A stretch of 64,000 nucleotides of DNA from Antedon mediterranea (Eukaryota > Animalia > Echinodermata). The stretch is taken from assembly GCF_964355755.1 (NCBI RefSeq), contig NC_092671.1, positions 35,102,304-35,166,303 of the forward strand. Reading direction: 5' to 3'. The notes under the pieces were generated by a model that did not search any database, was not told where the DNA came from, and was given only the letters and a program-made list of their open reading frames with translations. How positions within the stretch are numbered: position 1 is the stretch's first letter; the number at the start of each line of letters is the position of its first letter. Positions 35,760 to 48,959 of the stretch are shown here, piece after piece. Position numbers and translations under genes: made by a program.

Positions 35760-38700
35760 ACATGAATATTCATGAAGATAGAATAGGTTAATTTATGGTC
35801 ATTAGAATGAAATAGACGACTTACTGTGTGTCTGTCTGTCTGTCCCTCCTCCCCCCCCCCTCTCTCGTTCCTCACCGCCAAATGTTAACTATGTATTTAC
35901 CAACACCACATGTCAAATATTTACTGTTAATAATTAATAGTTTTTAATTAAAATAAATTATTATATACAAATAGATTAAACTTGGTTGTCTTCCTTTTTC
36001 ATTACTGCTCTAAACTGCCAGATGGAATGGGAGCTTTAAGAAATAAGAAATGCAGGAATATGATAAAGGTAATTTTTGTAACAAACATTTTTTGAGGAGA
36101 TTAAAATGAAAGTATTGTAAGGATGTAATGTGAGTAAGAAAAATATATTATACTTATGTAAAGAATACCAGTTTTTACCGATCTAGTAGCGTGTAATTTA
36201 TGATGTAGCGATATTTTGAATAACTACTGTACATTATTGTAAGACTTATATTACTGATAAACGGATTCATTATGTAAATTTATGCATATTATTAATCTTA
36301 ATTATTCATAAATATGTACCATATCTACAGTATTTCCAATGTACAAACAAATTATTGCCTTTTCCTCTCTCTGTCTCAAAAATAAGTAATTTTCGTACAT
36401 TTTAATAATATCAATGCAACTAATGCAATTATTTATGTATTACCGTAAGATAAGATTGAGTGTTTGATACAAAACACCTAAGGAGACTAACATTATAAAA
36501 TGTTATAATTTATTAAATATATTCAATAAAAAAAATATTTCATTTACTGTACATCTTATAAATAATGATATTTTTCATCATCGATCATCATTTAAATTTC
36601 TTTGATAACATTTTACTCAACAGTTTTATATTCATTTTAATAAGTTTTATTGTTTGGGTTACTTGGGCTTACTTTAAACAAGTCATTACCGTATAATCTC
36701 AATGCTTTGAATTTATTAGACATGATTTAATGCTAGTTTTATTTTAGTTCCTCCACTGGGTCAAGAGAGGGCACCCTTATCATTTTTGTATTTCACACAT
36801 TTGTTTTACTTGCATTATAACAATAATTTCAACATGGACATTTTCTTTACTAATACAACCTTTAATTTCCACAACTTTTATCTGTGGTTATACTATACAT
36901 AAAATGACTCATTTCAACTGTATTAATAATCAATTATAATGCTGTAATAAATTCCTATCTTATCAGTAAACACGGTAATGATGCTGCTGTATATTGTAAA
37001 TTTCCATTTATAGTTTTATAATTCAATATTACATCTAGTATCTATATAATCAATGGTTACTGTTTTATTGGGCAATAAACCCAGTTGCATGTTTTATTTA
37101 GGTGAATTAGCTGTAAATCTTGTCCATTGTAGCTGTAAGGTACAGAAGTGTGTCCAGCTATAGTTTGGCTATATTTAGCATGTGGACGATGTGATAAGAA
37201 GGTTGAACGAAGCTCTGATTATAATACTAATTCTAATAGCATACTCCCAAATAGAATGCATGCAACCTGGTCGCCCGACTCAAGTATTGAGTAAATGTAT
37301 ATTTAGCCAGGAAAAACCATTAACAGTACAAAAAGGCTTCCTGTATAGCAACTTTTACCATATTAAATCCTGTGTGAACAGCCCCTTAACTTTTCCAGGC
37401 TGGAAGTAGTTTCAAAGAATCCTGTATGGCCAGTAAAACCTTGCCAAAACATCCAGTGCGAACACTATCAACTTAATGAGTCACATATGCATGCTTTAAG
37501 CTTAAATTCTTACCGTGAGCAGGGTAAAACTTAACAAGAAAATCCATGTAAAATTTCCCTTCCTCGGGTCTTGGTTAGACTATTGAATAATTCCAGTGTG
37601 AATGTGAATTTAGACATTGTGGTAGAGGAATTTTTAGCTGGATTGGACCTTAGAAAAAAAAAGTTTATTAAGCATCCACTAAATGTTTCCAGCGTATATT
37701 TAAATTGCAATTTAACGTGAAGAGTTCGTCTACTACTTGGAATTGATTCGGTAGGATTTTGTCGTTGAAAAGTGTGTGATACCACAGTTGAATTTCATAC
37801 CCACAAGTCCACAGGAAAATGCCTTTATTACGATTTCTTCAATATAAATTCGTACTACATATATTGTGTACTACTTTAGGTAGCCTTTATTTCTGTTTTT
37901 AATGGATAATATTAAAGTATTATTAATATTCAAATATTAAAATTCTGTTACATACTATAATTTTCTGCAGAATCGCTTTGTACTAAACTGTGTATAAGCA
38001 TGATAAACGCAAAAAGATATCTAATTTAATTGTACTAATTTGATTTCGAAAAATTAGTAGATTTTAATGCTTACAGGTCACAGTTCACAAAATCGGCCGT
38101 ATTATAATTAATTAAATATTACCAAAAAATCTAGTAGTACCTATTTCCGTTTTATATAAGCATTCATATGTTAAAATATTTTGAATATATTTGTACACTA
38201 AGCAAAAAAATAACACTAAAAATTCCTTGAAATTCTAAACAAATATATAGTGATTTCATTCATATTATTTTAAGTTTTAGGCGTAGGTAAATACAGTCAT
38301 TGGCTGAAGGAGGTAGTCGACAACCAAATGTGTAAATCATTTTGTAATATCTTGTTTTTAAAATGTAATTTTTACCTGAAAACGGATATGAGAGAGAAAC
38401 TCACCAAACATAATTAGACGGAGGGGTACAATACAAATAGGGGAGGAAAGGGACCAGGTAGTGTCCATCTCAATTCGCCAGTTATAATTTGTGTAAAATT
38501 CCTGTGGTTAAAAATTTAAAAATTATGTCCGGAAAACGGATTTATGAGAAACAAGCCAAACATAATTAAACGAGAGGCACAGTACAAATAGTGGAGGAAA
38601 AGGACCAGGGAGATTTTAATCCCAATTAGCAAGTTATAATTTGTGTCAAATTCCTTGAGGTTAAAATTAAATATATATTTTGTAACTTATTATTGCTCGC

Positions 38701-39156
38701 ATGTTTCCATTAATATTCTTTTAAATTATTTGTTGTTTACCGATTTAAAGTAATTGTTATACTTATTATCTAAATATTACCTGTAAGATAATAGGTGGAT
38801 TGAAAAATTGTTTATTAAATAAATATGTGTTGTTGTCTACTGTTATATAACAAACGGTATATATATTTTTGATTGAACATGTGTTAATAACAGACAACAG
38901 AATAGTTGTATGAAGTGTGATAAGAAATAAGAAGCAGAACAGAGCAACGTGGATGTTTATTTTAGATTTAAGTTTTGCTTATTGAAGTTTGATAAATAGT
39001 AATTAAATTCTATTGATAGTAAACAAAACTTTACATTGTATATTCTTATAGATTGTTATGATTTTATCATAAACTAGCAAAAATTGTTGAAGAAGTGTAC
39101 AGTGCTTATTCAGTAGCTGTAAAGGCCTAAGAAAATTAGGCACATTTCAGGTTATA

Positions 39157-39743
39157 CAGTAGAACTCCTATTAAGGGGACATTTTTCCATGAAACGAACA
39201 AATGGCAGTACTGTATATGTTTTAACACTATGGCCAACCCCTATTCAGGGGACACCCCTATTAAGGGAATACTTTTCTGTGAAATACACAAGGTGAATAC
39301 ATAGCCAACCCCTATTCAGGGGACACCCCTATTAAGGGAATACTTTTCTGTGAAATGAACAAGGTGAATATATAGCCAACCCCTATTCAGGGGACACCCC
39401 TATTAAGGGAATACTTTTCTGTGAAATGAACAAGGTGAATACATAGCCAACCTCTGTTCTGGGGACACCCCTATTAAGGGAATACTTTTCTGTGAAATAC
39501 ACAAGGTGAATACATAGCCAACCCCTATTCAGGGGACACCCCTATTAAGGGAATACTTTTCTGTGAAATGAACAAGGTGAATATATAGCCAACCCCTATT
39601 CAGGGGACACCCCTATTAAGGGAATACTTTTCTGTGAAATGAACAAGGTGAATATATAGCCAACCCCTATTCAGGGGACATCCCTATCAAGCAAGGTGAC
39701 ACTTTTTGTGTCCCTAGGTGTCCCCTTAATGGAGATTCTACTG
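39157..39743. mobile_element. Tc1/mariner-like MITE containing a 71-bp tandem array
   Basis: TA|CAGTAGAACTCCTATTAAGGGGACA ... TGTCCCCTTAATGGAGATTCTACTG|TA; about 6 internal 71-bp units (39230-39685). Confidence 0.9.
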
Positions 39744-40031
39744 TATGACCATAAAAGCACAACAAATATATCTTTATTATTATACTGATGTAGTGCTCAA
39801 ATTGAGGTGGTCGTTTGGTACATTTAAAGTGTGACTTTACATTTAAGAACATTCTAACTGTAATAATATTTTATATCACATTGTTAATATTGTGGCTGCA
39901 TATTGAAATTTATCATGATTTGTTCAGATACATATTTAATTTTTTAATAATTAATGTAGTACAAGTTTTCTTCAATTTGTTCAATATTTGAAATACTTTA
40001 TTTATTTCTGAAAACAAATTAAATAGGCCTA

Positions 40032-40277
40032 CAGTATAACCCCTCCTTTGGGACACCCTATTGTGAGAAATGCCTCTAATAAGGGGACACGCCTCTAATA
40101 AGGGACACGCCTCTAATAAGGAGACACATGCATATGAAATTAACAAGGATTAAAGTTTTAAAACTACGGCAAACCTCTATTAAGAGAACATCTATTAAGG
40201 AGGAACTTTCTCTTAAACTCTATGGCAAACCCTTTTACGACCCCACAAAGTGTCCCCCCTTAATGGGGTTCTACTGT
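40032..40277. mobile_element. MITE of the same family as 39157
   Basis: TA|CAGTATAACCCC ... GGGGTTCTACTG|TA, with internal CCTCTAATAAGGGACAC repeats. Confidence 0.8.
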
Positions 40278-41150
40278 ATAGGATAAGTATGTTGAAGGTG
40301 TGGTTGATATAATTAAATGTACAGCGTGTTTAACAAAAGAGGGGGTGTGTTATATTTTTAGTAGACTATAGTTTTTAAATTGTTCACTATGTTTTTCATA
40401 GAAAGTGTTGTGTTTTGTTCAGTACAGTTGTTTATTTTTCTGCTTTGAGTTATAACAATTTTATTTGTAAATAGAAAACTGTATAGTATGTTAAGCCTGT
40501 ATTGTATTTTTTTAAATGCAAATGTTAAAAACCATATGTGGAAAAAGATCAATATTGTAGTTATAGATTTGGAAAAATAAGATATTGGTAGTTGATGGTT
40601 GTACACTAACTATCAAATGTGGTTATAGCATTCAAAATATGTTATATATATATATATATATATGTATAATATCAATAGGAGGGATATGTTGTAATCAAAT
40701 AAGAAAATTTGTTTAATTTATGTATGTACCCATTGTAAATTTTTCTTGGTTTTACAAAAATGCTAACAGCACCAACTGAATTGTTACTGGTATCCTATAT
40801 TTACATTTGGCACCTAAACCTCACTTTTTTCGATAATTAATTTCGTTTGTCGTAGCTGTAGTTTTCACAAAATATTATATTTTTCAGATGGTTATACAAA
40901 ATTATATTAAATAATTTTCATGGTAGTCAAAAGTATAAAAAATATATTAAATTCGACCTAATGTACCTAATTATTATAATATGATATCTGTTGTATATAC
41001 ATACTGTAGTGGAAATAGTAGGCATATGTATATGTATGTACACTGTATAAATTTTAATGTATATATTACAAGAACAATTAAAATAGAGCCACGTAAAATA
41101 TGACTGGATGTTGCCATTGAGGGCAGTATTACAACGAAATAAAACATGTT

Positions 41151-41248
41151 GATTGAGACTTTAATGATTTTAACGGTCGATGTAAAGACCTTTGATTTAG
41201 TAATGTAATGATCACATCTCTACTCGATTATTGTTTAAAGTCTCAATC
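41151..41248. repeat. Small inverted-repeat element
   Basis: GATTGAGACTTTAA (41151-41164) / TTAAAGTCTCAATC (41235-41248), a perfect 14-bp IR. Confidence 0.6.
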
Positions 41249-41520
41249 GGTTTGCGATGCTTCAAAGTAGCACAAAGTTGACGCGCACGTATAAAAGCTG
41301 TTCGTTTATTGTCGAGATGTGCGTCAAATATGTGTTGCTTTGGCGTTGGTGACGATCGTAGTTTATGTGTCCGAATTGCTAGTTGATAAATAGGATGTAT
41401 TCTTTCAATTCGCTTGTGATTGTATGTGAATACAAAATGCTATTAAAACAAACAAGAAATTAAGAACATGGTTGTCGATGTTTCTATAACTTATGATAAA
41501 AGATGCACCATATACTCTTA

Positions 41521-41663
41521 AGGTCTGTCTACATTATATCAAACTTTATGTGACACAAAAAATCTGATGTGCCCATATATGGACATGATGATGTCATATC
41601 ACTACCATATTTGGGTACATCACACTGTTTTTGTCAAACTAGTTTGATAGTGTAGACAGAACT
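41521..41663. mobile_element. Harbinger-like MITE (copy 3)
   Basis: TTA|AGGTCTGTCTACA ... TGTAGACAGAACT, with the conserved family interior. Confidence 0.8.
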
Positions 41664-42540
41664 ATATACCTGCCAGCTGACTCATAATGTGTGAGTCTCG
41701 CGCATGAGGGCCGATTTGTTTAGGTCTCTCGCATACATGGCTATTTCTCACGTGTTACACTCTTCATGGAATAACCTAGTCTAGGTTATTTGTAAAATAA
41801 AAACATTTTGGCTCACATGGCATTTCATATGAATGATACGCAGAGAGAAAAATTGAAATGGAATACTAAAAACATAAAAAAGACTTGGTGCAAGTTTATG
41901 ACTAAACTAGCCTAGGTTCTAGATGGAGATTGTTCTTAAAAAGAAAAAGAAACATTTTTGACGTACATGGCGTGTCATAACTAACTAAATGCTGCTGCTG
42001 GTGGTGCTAGAGACTTGTAGAAAAAGTCTAGGAATAACCCACAAAAACCATAGTGAAAACCTTGTTTGGGGCAAAATATGTGTAGATTTCTACATGGAAA
42101 AGATGATTTTATTTTTTCAAATAATATATATAACACATCCCATGTTACAAACAGATTTACTTCAGTAAAACAAAGGGATTTTGTCTACAAAGAAATCCTA
42201 GGCCTAATAATAGTTTTTCATAAATGTCCTCAGCAGTTTTTACTGGACATTCAGATGCCAGGTAAGTCTCCCATTCTTTGTATTTCTTCTTTTCAATTAT
42301 GCAAGTTTTTCTAATTTGAATAGGGTAGCCAATTACTTTTGATAATTTATTAGCCACCTGTCTGTAATATAATATACCATTTAAATTGTTTTTACCTTTC
42401 CTTTATTTATTTTCATTTTTTAATTATCTGTCGCATAGTTGTTCTTGACTTAAAATAAAGTTACATGCCTTAAATTTGGTCTCCATGATTTTTGCACTTA
42501 TATTTAATTGAGACCTTTATTTAAAACTTTTATTTGATAG

Positions 42541-42738
42541 AGCGCCACCACTGAAATTGTCACGTGACATGAAAACCAGGAAGATTTTGATTCCAAGATG
42601 GCAGCTTAGTACGTAGGCACAAGAAATGCTGCGAACTAAATTGGTTGTTTTCTACATTTTCTGAGGACTTTTGATAATACAAATCCTATTGATATACTAC
42701 CTGTTTTTATACTGGATTTACAATGATGTGGGAGAAAG
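42541..42738 (+). promoter_or_regulatory. Probable promoter and first exon of the USP6NL-like gene
   Basis: TGTCACGTGACA E-box palindrome (42558-42569), CAGGAAG ETS-like and CAAGATGGCAGC YY1-like motifs. ATGATGTGGGAGAAAG|gt (42723-42738) is phase-compatible with the exon at 48889, though the donor is weak. Confidence 0.55.
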
Positions 42739-43246
42739 GTTGATTTTTGTTTGACTTGGAAATTAAAACAAAACATCCTCGATCGTACGTGCACTCTGGT
42801 TGTTTCTCTGTGTGCGGTCTGTTTATGTTTGTTGGAATAGGCCTTCTGCCCTGTCTGGTCTCTACCCTTTACAGGAAGTGATTATAGCCGATAGGCCTAG
42901 TTGGGGTAACACTAATTAATTGGAGGAAATATATTATTAAGAGGTAACATTTTGATAAACACATCGCTGAAATATATTGGAAGTTGTTATTGCTATTTTT
43001 ATTTTTGTCAATGAAATTGGAAATTATGAATTGTTATCAAATGAAGAAATGTTATTTTTGTCCGCCAGAAAAATGGGCATGATACTTTTTAAATAAAAAT
43101 GGCTAGCCTAGGCCTTATTTTACTTTCTGGTTTTGGTTAGTTAGACGAGCAGGCCCTATAATATTCATTCAAGAAGGGCTATTGTAGTCCTATATATCAT
43201 GTGCTAGCCTAGCAAAAGACTAGCCTACTTGTTAATGTTTGTTTAA

Positions 43247-43573
43247 TGCACTTGTCAATTGTATGACCCACTATACGACCCCCGGGAGAGGTGCGTCATT
43301 TACAAATAATTACTGACGCAGGGGTGCGTCAAAAAACCTAGATGGTACGTCACATCAATGAACAAGGTGTGTCAATGTCCGTCACTTTACCACCCACCAT
43401 ATCATAAACAACATGGTCACAGTGCGTCAAAATGGGTGCGTCATGGTCACCTAAAGGTAAGTCACCTTTTTGACGCACGGGTGCGTCATGGTATTCAAAA
43501 GTATGACGCACATCGGACAAATGACGCACCTCTCCCGGGGGTCGTATAGTGGGTCATACAATTGACAAGTGCA
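43247..43573. mobile_element. MITE with long TIRs and TAA TSD (PIF/Harbinger-like)
   Basis: TAA|TGCACTTGTCAATTGTATGACCCACTATACGACCCCCGGGAGAGGTGCGTCATTT, with its perfect complement ending at 43573|TAA. Confidence 0.88.
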
Positions 43574-43613
43574 TAACTGACTCAGACTGGAGTGAGGTTG
43601 TACCCACACAATC

Positions 43614-43925
43614 CCACAATACAACCCCTGGGAGAGGTGCGTCATTTATCCAATGTGCTAGCGTCGAACCTTATGTATACTATCTATATGATGCACCCCA
43701 GGCCCTGCATCAAAAAAATGACTGAATGAGATGAAAATGACGCACCAAATTTTTAATTAGTGACGGAACTTTTAGACAATGACAAAACATGACTGTCCTT
43801 TTGTGGTAAAGCGACCGACATTGACACACCACTGTTCGTTGAGTTGAGGTACCATGTAGGTTTTTTTAAAGAATCCTTGTGTCATTAATTTGTAAATGAC
43901 GCACCTCTCCTGGTGGTTGTATTGT
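43614..43925. mobile_element. Diverged relative of the 43247 MITE, opposite orientation
   Basis: CACAATACAACCCCTGGGAGAGGTGCGTCATTT ... AAATGACGCACCTCTCCTGGTGGTTGTATTGTG; interior is the reverse complement of the first copy. Confidence 0.8.
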
Positions 43926-44817
43926 GTCTTAATAATATTAAATCAATCAACATTAAATACTAGGGATAATTCCTTGATAATAATAATTTGTCATACTGTA
44001 CAGTACATTATTTTTCTTTGTTTTTCCCTTGCTGTCCTTCCTACCTTCATAGGTAATACTGTAGTGATACCAACACACAGTCTACATCCAAATTGCAGAC
44101 GTTCCAACTTTCCCTCCTCCTGGAGCGTCCCGAATTTTCATACAATACAATCTTCTGATATTAACAAAATCTCCCAAAATTTTAGTTTTAGAAAAATTCA
44201 TTAACAATTTGTAAACTAAAATTACACTGTACTTATATAGGCTAGTCAGTTGCTGCGCCCTCATACATACTGTAGGAAAATGGTATTTTTAATCATTTTA
44301 TGCCGAAATTAAAATTTTAAATTCTTTTTTTTTTTAATACAGGTATTCTGACTGCTCCCAACAAGTGCTCTAATAGATGTCATTAAATACTATCAATGAG
44401 GAATCAAATATTATCAAACATGGATGGTGAGATATTGACTTGTACTATAATAGCTGTAGGCGGGTATAGAGGGCATGGCCTTGGCCTCTCCCCCCCCCCT
44501 CCCCCCCCCCCCCGTAGGAGGAGGGAAGTATGTAAATTTAGAAATTTACAATGCACAAAAAATCAGCACGCCATTATTTCAAAATCCTGAATCCGCCACT
44601 GAAAAAGAACATTCTGCTTCGGCATTAAATTAAATCAGCTTATAAAACAAGAAAGTACATGAAATAATCCTCTGAACAAAATCTGATTTTTTTCATAACA
44701 CTCAAAAAACATTCTATCACTACGGGTAATACACAGTATTCACAGTAATGTAGACTGGGACATTTTCCATACTATTTTCTGTTTTTTTTTTCCCTGTTTT
44801 AGCCCTACTAAATAAGC

Positions 44818-45130
44818 TCTAAGTCATTCTAGGCCTACTCTACAGCAAGTCATTCTAGGCCTACTCTAAGTCATTCTAGGCATACTCTACAGTAAGTCAT
44901 TCTAGGCCTACTCTAAGTCATTTTATGCCTACTCTACAGTAAGTCATTTCAGGCCTACTCTACAGTAAGTCATTTTAGGCCTACTCTAAGTCATTCTAGG
45001 CCTACTCTAAGTCATTCTAGGCCTACTCTAACTAAGTCATTCTATGCCTACTCTACAGTAAGTCATTCTAGGCCTACTCTACAGTTAGTCATTCTAGGCC
45101 TACTCTAAGTCTAAGTCATTCTATGCCTAC
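44818..45130. repeat. 21/26-bp minisatellite AAGTCATTCTAGGCCTACTCT(ACAGT)
   Basis: Directly visible tandem units of two lengths. Confidence 0.95.
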
Positions 45131-45399
45131 AACAGTATACAGTACAAGCCTTGCTTCTGTAGGCATACTGTAATCATTCATTCTAGGCCTATTTTGTCTA
45201 TACGTCTTGCTTCTATAAACATTCATGTTGGGCCTATTGTAATTACGGTATAATAGCATACTGGATTAGGCAGTTAATTAAGAATAGATTTTGTGTGGTA
45301 TTATCAACTTCTAATTTAATTACAGTAAGTAAGTGCTCTCTACTTAATGTAGGAAATTACTTATCAGCTAGAACATGTTTATTTTAGAATCATTTCATG

Positions 45400-45830
45400 T
45401 GCATGTCTGTTGTGAGCATGGTTGACCTGTCTGTCGTCAGCAGGGTTGACCTGTCTGTTGTGAGCATGGTTGACCTGTCTGTCGTCAGCAGGGTTGACCT
45501 GTCTGTTGTAAGCATGGTTGACCTGTCTGTCATCAGCAGGGTTGACCTGCCTGTCGTCAGCAGGGTTAACATGTCTGTTGTGAGCATGGTTGACCTGTCT
45601 GTTGTCAGCAGGGTTGACCTGCCTGTCGTCAGCAGGGTTGACATGTTGTGAGCAGGGTTGACCTACCGGTCTTCAGCAGGGTTGACATGTTAGTTGTGAG
45701 CAGAGTTAACATGCCTGTCGTGAGCAGGGTTGGCATGTCTGTTGTGAGCAGGGTTAACATGTCTGTTGTGAGCAGGGTTGACATGTCTGTTGTGAGCAGA
45801 GTTTACCTGCCTGTTGTCAGCAGGGTTGAG
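45400..45830. repeat. 24-bp minisatellite with partial 48-bp higher-order alternation
   Basis: AGCAGGGTTGACCTGTCTGTTGTG / AGCATGGTTGACCTGTCTGTCGTC units. Confidence 0.95.
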
Positions 45831-48084
45831 CACAATCAGATTATTATCAAATCTAGAAATGAAAGTGTACTATAGTATAGTGTCAATATTAGATTCAAAT
45901 TATTCACATAGTATAACAAATACTATATTATCATCACAGTAAAGTGTAGCAATATCAACAAGCCATGCAAATATTGTATTGTGTAGTGAGTACAGTATTA
46001 TTATGGGTGTTGCTGCAGTGCTAGTGATGACACAGGCCTTGGCTATCTGTTTAACATACCAAACTATATTTGGAACATCTAAAGGTTAATATCATAGAGG
46101 TAAAATAAACTATGATAACAGTTTTACTCGCTGTGTACCTGTTATTGGTGAAGTTGAGTCAAAAAATGTAATATAGTTTATGCAATAAATAAATGCACAG
46201 TTATGTTTAACTTTATGTTTAAATTCAGTCAAAATGTTAACATAACAATCTGGGTAAAAACAACTTAATTTAAATCATTGGTTTAAAAAAAATTATTACT
46301 GTAAGTATTATTTAAAACACGTTGTGAGCGATTTGTACAGTAAAACCATTTTGCATGTTGCATTTTTTATTTTTTGGGCAGCTCATTGTGGTTCTGAAGG
46401 TAAAAATCACTGATGCAATACAGATTAGGATTGGTAAATCTGCCAGAATGAGAAGCGTAACAATTGTCTATTGCTTATCCATGGTATATTTCAGACACAA
46501 AAAACGATACTCTGTGAGTCTGAGCATACACTAACATCAACAATAGATGTTCATTGTAAACATTCATTAAAATGAATGCTGTTTATCATTTTGTTACCAA
46601 AACTCTATTATTGATTGACCATTGGGTCTGCTATTATAGCCTCGGAATGAAATTCCCAAGTCTTGTTAATTATAAATCACATTGATTTAAGAATCTATTC
46701 AACATGCAGTTTAATTATAAACATTATTTATGCTTTATTTCGCTTTATTCAACCATGGAGAAACCTAAGATTCAACCCATAGACATTTAGAACCGTGAAA
46801 GCCCTAAGGAGTATAGAAGAAGTCCATGAACCATTATTACTTCACACATGAAGAAGTCATGACCTAGAAATTGATCAAATTAGGGTTTAGTTTCACTACT
46901 AATGAAAATGAGATTGTAGTATTTGCCAGATGCTGTGCTTGTATGTTTTGATTTATTAGGTGATGCAGTACAGTAGTTTGGTATTGTTTCTGTTTAAAGT
47001 TTCTCTTCATCAATCTTTATCACTTTTTCACAGTTATTTATGGTCAGGGTTGTACAATAACACTTTCATGTACGGTATATTGAATGTTACTTCGCCTCAT
47101 TGAAATATAACCTTTCATCATTCACCTCATGCCATTATTTGTACAATTCATAAACATTCATTATTTGTATGTACCGTAATATCTAGTAAATGTGATCTGT
47201 TTATCATTTTTTTCATAAATCATGTGTTTATTAGTATTTCACATTTACTAAACCTCAGCCCTGCTATAAGTTAGGTCATTTTATCAAAATTTATTCATTT
47301 GAGTTTTTCAATTTCAATCAATGAAATATATTTGTTTACAGGTTAGTTTTTCCTCAGTATATGTAAAATCGCTATCCAACATTTTTTATTTATACCGTAT
47401 TTATTTGAAATGTGAAATTGTGTATTATATGCATGTGGCGGGCTTTAATTTATTTGAGGAAGGTGTTTATACAAACCGGGGCGTTTATTCAAATGAATAC
47501 AGTATATCATGATGAGCAACCATCCACAGCTTACTGTACACTGTACAGTAGGTTTGTAATGGTCAGACAGGTCACAAATTTGTAAACTCCATCTGGTTCT
47601 GTTTGTGTACTTATGTTTATTACATGTGCATTGGTCCTTATTACGCAGCTGTTCTAATTAGTGCAAGTTGTAATTTATAATGAGGAAGTGTATCATCACA
47701 TCCGAGCATGTTCTGTTTTTATGAATATGAATATCAAACTTATTTAAATATTTCACACAGAACTAAATGTTATAAAATTTTAAAAATATGAACAGTATAT
47801 TTTATGTACTTTACCTAATAACTGATACAGTAAATAAGGTAAATTTTGAATTGGTTTTAAAATGGAATTCTGTAAGGCTAGAAGTAGAATTGAGTAAAAG
47901 GGGAATTTTAACTGTCCCAAGGAGCGAGTAATAAATCTGTTTTTTGTTTACTGTCCAGCAATACATCTATCAGTATCATACTGCAGATATTTTCTGATCA
48001 ATTTTACGTTCCTATCACGGGTTTTACTAGCCACTCGTCCAGTGAGAAAGATGAAATAGAAGGAATATTCAACATCTTCTCTTT

Positions 48085-48329
48085 CATGCCTCCTACGTCC
48101 GCCATGCCTCCTACGTCCGCCATGCCTCCTACGTCCGCCATGCCTCCTTACGTCCGCCATGCCTCCTTACGTCCGCCATGCCTCCTTACGTCCGCCATGC
48201 CTCCTTACGTCCGCCATGCCTCCTTACGTCCGCCATGCCTCCTTACGTCCGCCCTTCCCCCTACGTCCGCCCTGCCCCCTACGTCCGCCCTGCCCCCTAC
48301 GTCCGCCCTGCCCCCTACGTCTGCCCTGC
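48085..48329. repeat. GC-rich 18/19-bp minisatellite
   Basis: 3x CATGCCTCCTACGTCCGC, 6x CATGCCTCCTTACGTCCGC, 4x CCTGCCCCCTACGTCCGC-like. Confidence 0.95.
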
Positions 48330-48888
48330 TTTCTAGTCGTCTTGAAAAACAAGATTACAATAGAAATTCACAACTGTATGATACTAGAATAGACTGATTA
48401 AATAGAAAGATTTAAATTCAGAGAAATTTGAAAGTCACACAATCATCAAGCCTCTGCTAATTGGGTACTTCAAGGTATCAAGTTATTTTTGGATGTTAAT
48501 TTTACTTCAGAAGGAGATTCATTTATAGTTAAACATTATTTGAAAATTGCTGATTTATTCTTATTATTATTGAGAGTATTCAAGTTTGATAGTCTTTTCA
48601 AGTCGAGAATATAGGTTTGCTTTCTTGAATTTTTTCCTAAAGCTTGGTTCCCATTTAGACATAATGCAATAACGTACTGTAAGCCCACCATAAAGTAATC
48701 TGACCAATCATGAGACTATGGATCACCCAAACTGTCACTTGTGTGCTGCATCTATGTTAAGAACACTATAAGAAGGAAAAATTAGGCAGTTTTCTTTTTA
48801 TTATTTAAAGTTAATTTTGTTTTCATTTTCAAAATTAATGATATACAGTATATATAATAATGTTGTTCATGATATTTTATATTTTTAG

Positions 48889-48959
48889 ATACTATGGACC
48901 AAGAATTAATTGAAAGGGCCAATAAGGAAAGAGAAGAGATTGTATCAAAATATGCAAAG
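48889..48959 (+). CDS. USP6NL: USP6 N-terminal-like (RN-tre) TBC Rab-GAP, exon A
   Basis: ttttag|AT ACT ATG(48894); MDQELIERANKEREEIVSKYAK|gtgagt, compare recalled human AQERAEIVAKYDR. Confidence 0.88.

Noticed and set aside
45390-48397. Repetitive ORFs (SVVSRVDL, MPPTSA, RRHGG)
   Set aside because: Translations of intronic minisatellites, with no splice or homology support.
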